From the NCBI GenBank assembly GCA_016929435.1, contig JAFGIV010000005.1, forward strand, positions 23,596-87,595: a stretch of DNA of 64,000 nucleotides, read 5' to 3'. Position numbers and translations under genes: made by a program. Source of the DNA: Candidatus Uhrbacteria bacterium. GTDB lineage: Bacteria; Patescibacteriota; Patescibacteriia; SG8-24. Numbering within the stretch: the stretch's first letter is position 1; every line of letters begins with the position of its first letter. This document shows, piece after piece, positions 1 to 8,979 of the stretch. The notes below the pieces were generated by a model. The model was not told the DNA's origin, made no database searches, and saw nothing but the letters and a program-made list of their open reading frames with translations.

Positions 1-2
1 CC

Positions 3-407
3 GGTTTGGGGAACGGGTTCGTGCCGGGCGATCCGGCGCCGTTCAACGAGGGGATGGGGGGACTTTCCGCCCAATCGGCGGGGACCATCAACCTGATGGT
101 AGTAATCAACCGTCCCCTGACGGAAAAGTCCCTGGCCGAAGCCGCCTCGGTGGCGGTCATGTCCAAGACCCACGCCCTGGTCTCGCATGGGGCGGTTAAC
201 GGTTCCGGTCGCGGCCCGATCGCCGGGACGGGAACGGACTGCATAGTGATCGTTTGCCCGAATCCAACGGGGGATAACGGGCCAAAACCGCTCAAATATT
301 CCGGAATGGGGACGGTCCTTGGGGAGGCCGTGGGGAAAACGGTTTCCCAGGCCGTCCTTAGGGCCATCGGCACACAAAACGGGGATGGCATCGCAAGTAA
401 GAACTGA
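3..407 (+). CDS. cbiZ: Adenosylcobinamide amidohydrolase (CbiZ family), 5'-truncated by the window edge
   Basis: Motifs GTIN(L)MV, 'A...K..AL', GTGTD(C)IVI and YSG.GT.LGEAVG are typical of the CbiZ C-terminal half. The frame is open to the window start. Confidence 0.7.
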   Translation, partial: GLGNGFVPGDPAPFNEGMGGLSAQSAGTINLMVVINRPLTEKSLAEAASVAVMSKTHALVSHGAVNGSGRGPIAGTGTDCIVIVCPNPTGDNGPKPLKYSGMGTVLGEAVGKTVSQAVLRAIGTQNGDGIASKN

Positions 408-422
408 CCAATCGCTCCAACC

Positions 423-454
423 AAAACGCACCAGCCGAGCCGGTGCGTTTTTTT
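423..454. terminator. Bidirectional intrinsic terminator between cbiZ and tRNA-Arg
   Basis: AAAACGCACC-loop-GGTGCGTTTT hairpin with A and T tracts between convergent genes. Confidence 0.7.
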
Positions 455-460
455 CGTGGA

Positions 461-537
461 TGGTGCGCCCAGGACGATTCGAACGTCCGACCTGCTGCTT
501 AGAAGGCAGCCGCTCTATCCGACTGAGCTATGGGCGC
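461..537 (-). tRNA. tRNA-Arg(UCU)
   Basis: Reverse complement reads GCGCCCATAGCTCAG...GCTGC-CTTCTAA-GCAGC...GTTCGAATC...GGGCGCACCA. Anticodon TCT, encoded CCA. Confidence 0.95.
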
Positions 538-579
538 ACAATTTGGTTTTCCGACCCGTTAATCTTGAACCGAAAGACC

Positions 580-1539
580 CTACCCGTCAACCTTCCCTCC
601 CCTTTTCCTGTCATGGAACGACTCGTATATCTCCTTCAGCCGGCTGTCCGTAACGTGGGTGTAGATCTGGGTGGTGGTGATGGAGGAGTGCCCCAACATG
701 GCCTGGACGCTCCGGATATCCGCCCCGTTGCGCAGCAGGTCCGTGGCGAAGGTGTGGCGCATGGTGTGGGGGGTAATCGGCTTGGTGATGCCGGCCGCCC
801 GGGCATACCGCTCCACCAGACGCTGGACGCTCCGGGGCGTGAGACCGGACGATTCCCGGCCGGAAGCGGCCCGATCGTGGCTGACGAACAGGTGCGGATC
901 CATGTCGCCCCGCCTGTTCAGGTACAGTTTCAGCCAATACCGGGCCTGGTTGGACAGGAACACCACCCGCAGCCTGCTGCCCTTTCCGCGCACGGTGAAT
1001 TCCTCGTTCTTGAGATTAACCTGGCTTTTGGTCAGGCCGGCCAATTCCGAAACTCGCAGGCCGGTCGAGAAAAGCGTCTCCAAAATTGCCTTGTCCCTAA
1101 GCCGAACGATGGGCAAAGCCGATTCCGGCAGGGCGTGCCCCTGGCCGTCCTGCAGCGGCACCCTCAAAATGCGCTCCAACTCGTCGTTTTCCAGGAAAGA
1201 GACGCTCCGTTCCGGCATTTTGGCCAGGTCCACCTTTTCCGTAGCCAGGCTGCGGACGTCGTTCCGGGACAGGTATTTCAGGAAGGACCGCAGGGCAATC
1301 AGGTGGTAATTTTGCGTGCTCTTGCCCAAAAGCTCCCCGTTTGCGCCTTTCAGCCTATTAAGCCAAAGCCGGTATTGCCTGACCTTGTCGTGGGTGATTC
1401 CGGCCGGCGGGGGCCACCCGGCCCACTCGAAAAACCGGCGCAAATAGAAATCATAGTTGCGGACGGTCCGCAGGGACCGGTTCTTCTCTATCTCCAAATG
1501 CTGCAGGTATTCGTTCAGAATCTTCTTGCTGTCCGCCAT
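580..1539 (-). CDS. Tyrosine recombinase, XerC/XerD family
   Basis: N-terminal SAM-like integrase domain. Catalytic R (GLRVSE), K (RGKG), HxxR (HTMRH), H (LGH) and Y (QIYTH) are all present. Confidence 0.92.
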   Translation of the reverse strand: MADSKKILNEYLQHLEIEKNRSLRTVRNYDFYLRRFFEWAGWPPPAGITHDKVRQYRLWLNRLKGANGELLGKSTQNYHLIALRSFLKYLSRNDVRSLATEKVDLAKMPERSVSFLENDELERILRVPLQDGQGHALPESALPIVRLRDKAILETLFSTGLRVSELAGLTKSQVNLKNEEFTVRGKGSRLRVVFLSNQARYWLKLYLNRRGDMDPHLFVSHDRAASGRESSGLTPRSVQRLVERYARAAGITKPITPHTMRHTFATDLLRNGADIRSVQAMLGHSSITTTQIYTHVTDSRLKEIYESFHDRKRGGKVDG

Positions 1540-1580
1540 ATATCTATATTATACGACACAAAGATATTAGAGGCCAGCCC

Positions 1581-1609
1581 TTGCCACAATAAAGGATAGA
1601 TGCTAATCT
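1581..1609 (+). promoter_or_regulatory. sigma70-type promoter for rpsO
   Basis: TTGCCA-17 bp-TAATCT with extended -10 TG. Confidence 0.5.
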
Positions 1610-1708
1610 CCCTTCGTAACCAATGCGGCCATTTGGCCCGGCCTTCGGACCCGGCTCGATGAACCGTTAACCGCCCCCCATACTACATATGTAAGGGGAC
1701 CGAGAGAT

Positions 1709-1969
1709 ATGCTGGACAAGAACCAAAAGGAGAAGATCATCGCCAAATTCAAGACCCACGAGTCGGATACCGGCTCCCCGCAGGTCCAGATCGCCATCCT
1801 GACGGCCGAAATCAAGGACCTGACCGATCACCTGATCAACCACAAGAAGGACTTCTCATCCCGAAAGGGCCTGTTGCGCAAGGTAAGCGAACGGCGTCGC
1901 CTGATCAAGTACCTGAAGCGCGAGGACCCGTCCGGATACGATGACCTGGCGACAAAACTGAAGATATAA
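1709..1969 (+). CDS. rpsO: 30S ribosomal protein S15
   Basis: HESDTGSPQVQIAILT...HKKDFSSRKGLL signature. Confidence 0.97.
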   Translation: MLDKNQKEKIIAKFKTHESDTGSPQVQIAILTAEIKDLTDHLINHKKDFSSRKGLLRKVSERRRLIKYLKREDPSGYDDLATKLKI

Positions 1970-2050
1970 ATCGGTAAGGCACCGGGTTTTCTCGGTGCCT
2001 TATTGGAATTTCGGACCGGATTCCCATCCTTCCGGAAAAGACAGCGCCAT

Positions 2051-2671
2051 ATGATAAAACACGAACACCAACGGGTAGGCGTCTTCATCGACGTCCAGAA
2101 CATGTACTATACGGCCAAGAAGATATGGAACTCCAGGGTTGACTTCGGAAACATCCTGGAGACGGCCGTGGCCGGACGGCAATACATCCGAGGCATCGCC
2201 TATGTGGTGGAGGCCACCGGCGACGAAAAGCCGTTCTTTGAGGCCCTGCACCAGCGCGGCCTGGAGACCAAGATGCGGGAAGTGACGGTCTTTGCCAGCG
2301 GGGCCAAGAAGGCGGACTGGGACGTCGGCATGGCCGTGGATGCCATCCGAATCGGGGAGATCCTGGACGTGGTGGTGCTGGTCACCGGGGACGGCGATTT
2401 TGTCGAACTGGTCGAGTATCTCCGCCACCACGGCCGCCAGGTGGAGGTGATTGCCTTCAAGGAAACCACCTCGGCCAAGCTGATCGATGCGGCCGACGAC
2501 TACACCAACCTGTCCGACGACCTGGGCCGCTTCCTGATCCGTCCGCATCGCCGACAGAACGCCGAACCGGAAGCCAAGACTTCCGTCGCCGTCCCGCCGG
2601 AAACCGAAAAGGGGCATCCTGCCCAACCGGCCAGGGCGCCCAAGGGGAACCACCCCCGAAACAGCCGTTAG
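2051..2671 (+). CDS. NYN/LabA-DUF88 domain protein
   Basis: VFIDVQNMY, K.DWDVGMAVD, LVTGDGDF and L..AAD.Y motifs. ATG at 2051 is preferred over the upstream TTG. Confidence 0.88.
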   Translation: MIKHEHQRVGVFIDVQNMYYTAKKIWNSRVDFGNILETAVAGRQYIRGIAYVVEATGDEKPFFEALHQRGLETKMREVTVFASGAKKADWDVGMAVDAIRIGEILDVVVLVTGDGDFVELVEYLRHHGRQVEVIAFKETTSAKLIDAADDYTNLSDDLGRFLIRPHRRQNAEPEAKTSVAVPPETEKGHPAQPARAPKGNHPRNSR

Positions 2672-2835
2672 GAAAAACAAAAGGACAGGCACTATTCACT
2701 GCGGTCGGCATTGCCGTTTCGCCGGAAGACACAAAGACCATCGCCTGAAGGTTCGGGCACCGTGGTCTCAAGCCTTCCTACGACGGGCCACCGGCCGCCT
2801 ATCGTCCCCGATTGCCGCAAGGCCGGGGAAAAACT

Positions 2836-5097
2836 ATGGAAACCAAGAGATTCGAGGCTGACTGGGGCGGCCGCAAGCTGGTCGTCGAGACCGGACTTCT
2901 GGCTCCCCGCGCCAATGCCTCCGTCACCGTCCGCTATGGCGACAGCGTTGTCCTGGCGACCGCGGTCATGTCCAAGCAGGCCAGGGAGAACATCGATTTT
3001 TTTCCCCTGACCGTAGAGTACGAAGAGAGGCTTTACGCCTCGGGAAAGATCAAGAGCTCCCGTTTCATCAAGCGGGAGGGCCGGCCGTCCGACGAGGCGG
3101 TCATGACCGGAAGGATGATCGATCGGGCCATCCGCCCGCTTTTTCCGGCCGATGTCCGGCATGAGGTACAGGTCGTCCTGACCGTACTGTCCGCCGACAT
3201 GGAAAACGACACCGACATCGTCGGCATGATCGGCGCCTCCTGCGTACTGGCCATGTCCGACATCCCCTGGAAAGGGCCGATCGCCGGTGTCCGAATAGGC
3301 CGGGTCAACGGCCAACTCGTCGTCAACCCGACCCTTAGGCAGGTGGACGATGAAAGCGACATTGACATGATCGTCGCCGGAACCACGGAAAGGACCGTCA
3401 TGCTGGAGGCCAACGGCAAGCAGGTTCCGGAGGCGGACATGAAGGCCGCCGTATTTTTCGGCATGGAAAGCCTGAAGGCCCCGATTGACCTCATCAGCCG
3501 CATTGTCGCCGAAATCGGAAAGGCCAAGATCGACCCGTCCAGGCTGACCGGATCGGATCCGGACGAGACCGAGAAGCAGAGGAGGGAAATGGAGGCTAAC
3601 CGGGCCAAGGCCGCCGAGTTCCTCAAGTCCCGCCTGCCGGCCGTACTGTTCGACAACCCCAAGTTCACCAAATCCGAACGGCAGGAAGCCCTGGATCGGC
3701 TGAAACATGAGGCCGACGAATACCTGAAATCCGAACAGTTCGGAAAGGACAGGCGGACCAGGGTACTGGACGGTTTCTATAAGATGATCGGGGCTGCGGC
3801 CACCGAAGCCATCCTGGACGGAGACAGGCGGGTGGACGGCCGATCACTGACCGATGTCCGGCCCCTTTTCGGCCAGGTCGGCCTGCTCCCGCGGACCCAC
3901 GGTTCCGGACTGTTCCAGCGCGGCGAAACCCAGGTCCTTTCCGTCACCACCCTTGGCGGCCCCGGCGACGCCCAGATACTGGACGGCATGGACCAACCGA
4001 ACCTCCGGAAACGCTACATGCACCACTACAACTTTCCGCCGTATTCCTGCGGGGAGACCGGCCGGATCGGCGGCACCGGACGGAGGGAAATCGGGCATGG
4101 GGGCCTGGCTGAAAGGGCCCTGATCCCGGTCCTTCCCCCCAAGGAGGAGTTCCCCTACGTGATCCGGGTCGTTTCCGAGGTCCTTTCCTCCAACGGATCC
4201 AGCTCCCAGGCCTCAATATGCGGATCGACCCTGTCGCTTATGGATGCCGGCGTTCCCATCAGGGAGCCGGTGGCCGGCATTGCCATGGGCCTGGCCTCAA
4301 ACTCCGACATGAGCCGGTGGAAGGTGCTGACTGACATCCAGGACATAGAGGACGGCGACGGCGGGATGGACTTCAAGATCGGCGGCACCAGAAACGGCGT
4401 CTGCACCATCCAGCTGGACACCAAAACCATCGGCCTGACCAGGGAAATAATAGAGAAGACCCTGATACAGGGACGGGAGGCCCTGGACCGAATCCTGGCG
4501 GAGATGTCCAAGACCATCCCTGCCCCGCGTCCGGAACTGGCCCCGCACGCCCCGCGAATCGTCACCGTGAAGATTGCCGTTGACCAGATCAGGGACGTCA
4601 TCGGTCCGGGCGGAAAGATGATCAACGAAATCGTCAGCACCACCGGAGTCAAGATGGACGTGGAGGACGACGGGACGATAACCATCACATCCGCCAACCG
4701 CGAGGGCCTGGAGGCGGCCGTCCGGAGGATCAAGGAGATTACCAGGAAGGTTGAGGTGGGGGAAATGTTCCGCGGCAAGGTGGTCCGGATAATGGATTTC
4801 GGGGCTTTCGTGGAACTGACCCCGGGACAGGACGGGATGGTTCACATCTCTGACCTGGCCCCTTGGCATGTCGGGAAGGTTACTGACCTGGTCAATGTCG
4901 GGGACGTCATTCCGGTTAAGGTCATCAAGATAGACGAGTTGGGACGAATCAACCTTTCCATGAAGGAAGCCAAGAAGGAGTTGGGGGAGGAGCAGGTCCC
5001 GCCGCCGGGATACAACCCGCGACCGCCGATGGGCGGGGGACGGCCTTTCGGCAGCGGTCCCCGTCCAACCGGAGGGCAAGGCGGGTTCCGTCACTAG
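2836..5097 (+). CDS. pnp: Polyribonucleotide nucleotidyltransferase (PNPase)
   Basis: DFFPLTVEYEE, RREIGHG, SNGSSS and GDGGMDFK motifs, KH (VIGPGGK) and S1 domains, located downstream of rpsO. Confidence 0.97.
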   Translation: METKRFEADWGGRKLVVETGLLAPRANASVTVRYGDSVVLATAVMSKQARENIDFFPLTVEYEERLYASGKIKSSRFIKREGRPSDEAVMTGRMIDRAIRPLFPADVRHEVQVVLTVLSADMENDTDIVGMIGASCVLAMSDIPWKGPIAGVRIGRVNGQLVVNPTLRQVDDESDIDMIVAGTTERTVMLEANGKQVPEADMKAAVFFGMESLKAPIDLISRIVAEIGKAKIDPSRLTGSDPDETEKQRREMEANRAKAAEFLKSRLPAVLFDNPKFTKSERQEALDRLKHEADEYLKSEQFGKDRRTRVLDGFYKMIGAAATEAILDGDRRVDGRSLTDVRPLFGQVGLLPRTHGSGLFQRGETQVLSVTTLGGPGDAQILDGMDQPNLRKRYMHHYNFPPYSCGETGRIGGTGRREIGHGGLAERALIPVLPPKEEFPYVIRVVSEVLSSNGSSSQASICGSTLSLMDAGVPIREPVAGIAMGLASNSDMSRWKVLTDIQDIEDGDGGMDFKIGGTRNGVCTIQLDTKTIGLTREIIEKTLIQGREALDRILAEMSKTIPAPRPELAPHAPRIVTVKIAVDQIRDVIGPGGKMINEIVSTTGVKMDVEDDGTITITSANREGLEAAVRRIKEITRKVEVGEMFRGKVVRIMDFGAFVELTPGQDGMVHISDLAPWHVGKVTDLVNVGDVIPVKVIKIDELGRINLSMKEAKKELGEEQVPPPGYNPRPPMGGGRPFGSGPRPTGGQGGFRH

Positions 5098-5204
5098 GAA
5101 CAAATAACCCGACTGGAACAGGCGGGCATAGGGAAAAACAAGACGGGTTAACGCAGGACAGCCGGGGTTGGAGACCATCTCCGGCCCCGGCTGTCCCTTA
5201 AGCC

Positions 5205-6614
5205 ATGAAAACAGCGCTGAAAAACGGTCCAAAAAACACCTTGACGGAAAGGGTGACGGTACTGAAAAAACGGCTGGCCGCAACCGCAGCCGTCTTTTTG
5301 GCGATCCTTTCGGCCCTATCCGTCTTTATGGTCACCAATGCCGTGATTCTCCCGAAAGACAGCCTTTCCCGGTTCGTGCCCCATGACTCCATCGGTTACC
5401 TCCATGCCGACCTGACCGCCCCGGTTCGTCCCCGATCCCAGGAGACGATCGACGTCCCGTTCGGGATGGGGCCGGACGAGGCTGCCCGTTTTGTGGCCCT
5501 TTCCAACGGCCAACTAGAGTCCGGATGGATTCTGGCCTGGCACAGGCACGGGCCGTCCGTCGCTGAAAGGGAACGGTTGGCGGACGAGGGGGCTGTCCAA
5601 CTGCTCCCCAACGGAACGGCCTGGATAATCGCCCCGCAGGACCTGGTAGACCGGTGCCGGGAATCCCTGTCCCGGGGATCAACACTGGCAAATGACCCGA
5701 AAATGTCCAAAGGCCTTAAGCTTGCCCGTGACCTCTACCCTGTCCAATTCATGCTAAATCCCAACCGCCTCCCAGAAACCGGAAGGGCAGACCCCGTCAT
5801 GGACGATTTCCGGCAAATGGGTCCGATCGTCGGATCCTCCTCTGACCAGGAATTTTCCAGGGGGATTGTCCTTGCGTTTCCCGATTCCGGGCCGCCAGAA
5901 AAAGGAATCCTGTCCCAAAAACCGGACATTTTCTGGGGGGAAGGCGCGGTCTTGGCCTATGCGGGGGAAAACACTGACACCAACTGGATGGCCGTGGTGT
6001 TCGGGCAGATAAACGACTGGCGGATATCCCTTGGCCTGGATCCGGCCGGGATCCCGAACCCGAAAACGATCCATGACGGTCGGGTATCCATGGTCTTTTT
6101 CCCTACGGAAAAAGACCGTCCCGAATTCACCGTTCGCCTGGAGGAAACGGATCTGGAAGAAATTTACGGAAAATTGAGGATTTTCCTGGATAGGGTCGTT
6201 CCCGGCCGGCAAGTTACCAACCTGCCTGACGGGGATCGGGTTATTGAGCTGGTGACCGTCGCCGGCACCGAAGGTTTGGGGACAGGTGAAAGCATACAAT
6301 CGGGCATTACCGTCAACATAACCGCCAAACCGGAATTTTACCTTCACTTGCGGCAGGAGGGCAGGGATGTTGCCATGTATTCCAGTCAGCGCATGATCGA
6401 TTTGCCAAAAAACAGGGTGGATCTTACCGACTGCGGACAGCATAAAGGTAACCGGCTGATAACCCAAAATTCGTATTTCAGTACCCTACTGAATCTATTG
6501 GGTGTCAACAACGGAACAGGGGAAGGTTTTCGTTTATTCATAGAGAAACAATACAATCTGTGGATAACATGCAGGTTATCCACAATCGTGGTGGATAACT
6601 TACAATCAAACTGA
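5205..6614 (+). CDS. Hypothetical membrane-anchored/exported protein
   Basis: 469-aa ORF with an N-terminal hydrophobic helix. No family recognised. Confidence 0.6.
   Translation: MKTALKNGPKNTLTERVTVLKKRLAATAAVFLAILSALSVFMVTNAVILPKDSLSRFVPHDSIGYLHADLTAPVRPRSQETIDVPFGMGPDEAARFVALSNGQLESGWILAWHRHGPSVAERERLADEGAVQLLPNGTAWIIAPQDLVDRCRESLSRGSTLANDPKMSKGLKLARDLYPVQFMLNPNRLPETGRADPVMDDFRQMGPIVGSSSDQEFSRGIVLAFPDSGPPEKGILSQKPDIFWGEGAVLAYAGENTDTNWMAVVFGQINDWRISLGLDPAGIPNPKTIHDGRVSMVFFPTEKDRPEFTVRLEETDLEEIYGKLRIFLDRVVPGRQVTNLPDGDRVIELVTVAGTEGLGTGESIQSGITVNITAKPEFYLHLRQEGRDVAMYSSQRMIDLPKNRVDLTDCGQHKGNRLITQNSYFSTLLNLLGVNNGTGEGFRLFIEKQYNLWITCRLSTIVVDNLQSN
6559..6598. promoter_or_regulatory. DnaA-box cluster (3 boxes)
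   Basis: TGTGGATAA (6559-6567), TTATCCACA (6576-6584) and GGTGGATAA (6590-6598), followed by an AT-rich tract. Confidence 0.7.
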
Positions 6615-6681
6615 ACAGAAAAAAGGTTCATTGTTTTTTAAAAAAATGTTTTTTACCTAAAACCAGCTAAAATTTACCATA

Positions 6682-6710
6682 TTGACAGTATGCGCCACTG
6701 TTGATATACT
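6682..6710 (+). promoter_or_regulatory. Near-consensus sigma70 promoter
   Basis: TTGACA-17 bp-TATACT. Confidence 0.8.
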
Positions 6711-6716
6711 AAACGT

Positions 6717-7062
6717 GTTGATAGATCATGTTCCTTACACAAAACAAGAAACAAGGGGATCTCTCCCGGAGCACGGTCTCGGAGCGAGTTCCCCCTTCTC
6801 TACTGATTCCGCACACCAACCTTAGAAACCAAAACAAAATTTCTAAAAATCTTGTGCTTGGTATCCTCCCGCTTGGGTGGCCACTACCAAGAATCGGTAA
6901 AGAAGTGCACTTGGGTTAGGGAATCATGTTCAGAGCAGGCGCTTTGCCTGCACCCCCACAGGGGGTATAGACAATGCGCCTGCATGAGCTACTTTCCCAC
7001 AAACCCCACGGCGTAAGATGCCTTTGAGACTACCATTTGGCTACACTTACGCCGTTTTTTTT
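6717..7062 (+). ncRNA. Putative large structured non-coding RNA of unknown class
   Basis: Bounded by a consensus promoter and a terminal stem plus T8. Contains three internal stem-loop domains and no convincing CDS. Confidence 0.55.
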
Positions 7063-7088
7063 ATCCAAAAAATACCTTTCCGCACCTA

Positions 7089-7117
7089 TTGACTGGCGTT
7101 GATTAAACCTATATATT
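7089..7117 (+). promoter_or_regulatory. sigma70-type promoter for the dksA-like/lspA genes
   Basis: TTGACT-17 bp-TATATT. Confidence 0.6.
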
Positions 7118-7181
7118 GTTTACTGTTACCGGCCTGCCTGAAATCGGATCATGGCCGTATTATATAGCGGAAAACACGACT

Positions 7182-7553
7182 ATGAACAAGGACCTAATAA
7201 AGGAAATGGAAAGCCGGCTGAACAGCGAAAGGACCCGCCTTAAGGAAGAGTTGGAATCGTTTGCCAGCCAAAACCCGAAAAACTCCCAAGACTATAACGC
7301 CAACTTCCCCAACCTTGGGGATAAGGAGGACGAGAACGCCGAAGAGGTCGATACCTTCAGCACCAACCTGGCCCTGGAAAGGACCCTGGAATCAAACCTG
7401 AGGGATATTGACGATGCCCTTGACCGAATCGGTAAGGGCATCTACGGCATCTGCAAATACTGCGGAAAGGAGATAGACGAGAAACGCCTGCAGGCCAGAC
7501 CGGCCTCCAGCTCGTGTATAGAATGTAAGAAATCGTTCACTAGGGAAATCTAA
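7182..7553 (+). CDS. TraR/DksA family C4 zinc-finger protein
   Basis: Coiled coil followed by AL.RI..G.YGICKYCG..I...RL.ARP....CIEC. Confidence 0.9.
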   Translation: MNKDLIKEMESRLNSERTRLKEELESFASQNPKNSQDYNANFPNLGDKEDENAEEVDTFSTNLALERTLESNLRDIDDALDRIGKGIYGICKYCGKEIDEKRLQARPASSSCIECKKSFTREI

Positions 7554-7617
7554 CGAATCCCGTAACCGGCCTGACCGTTCCGTCGGTCCCCTTGGGACTT
7601 TCCCGCAGTGATGGGCC

Positions 7618-8121
7618 ATGCCAAACCTGAGCGAGTCCCCGAAAAAACAAGGACGTCCGTGGGCGCTTATCATGTCTGCGGCGGTTCTTTTGTCAGCGGA
7701 CCGCTGGTTCAAGGGGTTGGCAATGGCCACCGGAGCGGAGGGGCTTTGGGAAAATGCCTTCGGCCTGCCGGTTGACTTCCGGCTTTTCCTGAATCCCGGC
7801 ATTGTCTTCAGCCTGCCGCTGCCTGATCTCGTCTTCTGGCCGACAGCGACTTTGGCCGGCGGAGCCCTAATCTGTGCCTTGGCCAAAACCTGGAGACCGC
7901 AGCCGGCCGTGGCTACGGCCCTAATCTTCGTGGTCTTGGGCGGACTGTCCAATGTCGTTGACCGCATGCTGGTCGGTTCGGTAATCGATTACCTGATTTT
8001 CTTCGACTTGTCGGCCGTGAACATCGCCGACGGGATGATCCTGGGCGGGGCGATCGGGGCGTATTGGATAACGCGGAAAGACGGAAAGAACGGCTCTTTC
8101 GCAGCGGGAGGCAGGGGATAA
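7618..8121 (+). CDS. lspA: Lipoprotein signal peptidase (signal peptidase II)
   Basis: NPGIVFS, GGLSNVVDR, VIDY and NIAD motifs with transmembrane segments. Confidence 0.85.
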   Translation: MPNLSESPKKQGRPWALIMSAAVLLSADRWFKGLAMATGAEGLWENAFGLPVDFRLFLNPGIVFSLPLPDLVFWPTATLAGGALICALAKTWRPQPAVATALIFVVLGGLSNVVDRMLVGSVIDYLIFFDLSAVNIADGMILGGAIGAYWITRKDGKNGSFAAGGRG

Positions 8122-8206
8122 GTGTGGCGGGATAGACATGGAAGGCAGAAAACAAAAGAGGGGACGGATCAATCAGACCCGCCCCCTTTTTACAATCCAA
8201 TCCCTG

Positions 8207-8782
8207 CTAAAGATCCTGCAAGGTCTGCAAGAACTCCTCCTTTTTCCATTCCTCCCATTTCAATTTCACCCGAAAGAGAAAATATCTGTCGAAACCCCTG
8301 TATTTTTCAATATCCTCGACGAATTTTACTTCATCTGGACAAACTTGATCATCGAAAAAAGGCACTATGGGACGGATTACTTTTAGAACCACCATTCCAT
8401 TCCCCAAAAACTCCACCAGCTCGACTAACGATCCAAACCCCAGGGTACACTCCTCTATTTCCTCATTTCCCGAAAGGGATGAAGGGGATTTTGTTTTGTA
8501 CTGTATCACCCCATTCATACATATTCGATCCCCTTTTTGAGGGAGCTCACTTTGACCCTTATGCCCTTGACACAATTTTATATCTATCCCTGTTTCGACT
8601 TCTTTCGACTGATCCTTCGCCTGATTTTCCGTTTTTGACTGACCCTCAACCGCCTTCTCCTGCGCCGTATCCTGAACCTGACATGAATCCAGCCGTTCAG
8701 ACATGACGCTTATCCTGTATTGAAGGCTCACCAGCCACGAAGCGAAAAAAATACCTGTTACCGTCAGAATGATGCTTTTCAT
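8207..8782 (-). CDS. Hypothetical membrane-anchored protein, lower GC
   Basis: 191-aa ORF with an N-terminal signal/TM segment and a purine-rich RBS upstream. Confidence 0.55.
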   Translation of the reverse strand: MKSIILTVTGIFFASWLVSLQYRISVMSERLDSCQVQDTAQEKAVEGQSKTENQAKDQSKEVETGIDIKLCQGHKGQSELPQKGDRICMNGVIQYKTKSPSSLSGNEEIEECTLGFGSLVELVEFLGNGMVVLKVIRPIVPFFDDQVCPDEVKFVEDIEKYRGFDRYFLFRVKLKWEEWKKEEFLQTLQDL

Positions 8783-8979
8783 TGCGATATCCTCTTCCTT
8801 TTTCTATGGTCGTCACCTTTTCCGTGACGACATTTTTAAAATGTTCTTTCTCCTGCTCACCAACCTAATGATAGGGATAGCATAAAAACGCAATCCTGTC
8901 AAGCCTTAAACCCCAACGTTTTGACACCGAAAACCGTCTCGTGTAAGAATATCGCGCCTTAAAAAATAACCGCGAAAAA

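Noticed and set aside
461-1539. Integrase next to a tRNA, read as a prophage or island boundary
   Set aside because: The protein looks like a housekeeping Xer-type recombinase. It lies 5' of the tRNA, is followed by rpsO-pnp, and no duplicated tRNA end or phage genes are seen.
319-1599. 426-aa plus-strand ORF
   Set aside because: Antisense shadow of the recombinase and tRNA-Arg, which is common in GC-rich DNA
6728-6919. 63-aa ORF inside the structured region
   Set aside because: No RBS or recognisable motif, and extensive base pairing explains the region better. A leader peptide is not fully excluded.
6717-7062. RNase P RNA, tmRNA, SRP RNA or T-box
   Set aside because: No GGAAAGTC/P4 motifs, no tRNA-like ends, no SRP GNRA helix and no TGGNACCGCG T-box were seen
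8207-8782. Low-GC insertion as a mobile element
   Set aside because: A single ORF with no terminal repeats, target duplication or mobility gene visible
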